From contig JAXLZO010000001.1 of assembly GCA_046350815.1 (NCBI GenBank), positions 420,001 to 452,000 of the forward strand: a stretch of 32,000 nucleotides of DNA, in the 5' to 3' direction. The translations under genes were made by a program, and so were the position numbers. The notes beneath the pieces are model-generated. The model saw only the letters and a list, made by a program, of their open reading frames with translations. It had not been told where the DNA came from and did no database searches. This DNA is from Candidatus Saccharimonadota bacterium. Lineage in GTDB: Bacteria; Patescibacteriota; Gracilibacteria; BD1-5; UBA2023. How positions within the stretch are numbered: position 1 is the stretch's first letter; the number at the start of each line of letters is the position of its first letter. Below, piece by piece: positions 31,995-32,000 of the stretch.

Positions 31995-32000
31995 CAATAG

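Overview
AT-rich bacterial chromosome segment (mid-30s % GC by eye) that only reads sensibly with TGA = glycine (translation table 25, as in Gracilibacteria/Absconditabacteria (SR1) within Patescibacteria/CPR). The supplied ORF track treats TGA as stop and fragments almost every gene. Joining same-frame fragments across TGA gives about 30 intact genes, all ending in TAA or TAG. Recognisable genes: clpB (partial), dprA, murG, a PDT-only pheA, a trpR-like(YerC)-orf-trpB-trpA module, rimO, a THUMP RNA methyltransferase, recG, a yecM-like VOC protein, ddl, dnaK and a 16S rRNA gene at the 3' end. Accessory content: (i) a type II restriction-modification cassette M1-C-R-M2 with a textbook-looking C-box operator, all written in code 25; (ii) a roughly 50% GC, TGA-free 290-aa orphan gene with a native-looking promoter and terminator, abutted by a 36-bp perfect AT palindrome; (iii) two large secreted proteins, one with SLH and TSP3-like motifs; (iv) a four-gene cluster of unknowns (one a cupin) between dnaK and the rRNA promoter. 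Regulatory signals include CIRCE operators at clpB and dnaK, several strong hairpin terminators, sigma70-like promoters, almost no Shine-Dalgarno motifs, and a 16S 3' tail reading UCUCC instead of CCUCC. I found no CRISPR array, tRNA, transposase or integrase. All coordinates and translations were worked out by hand and start codons are the least certain part.
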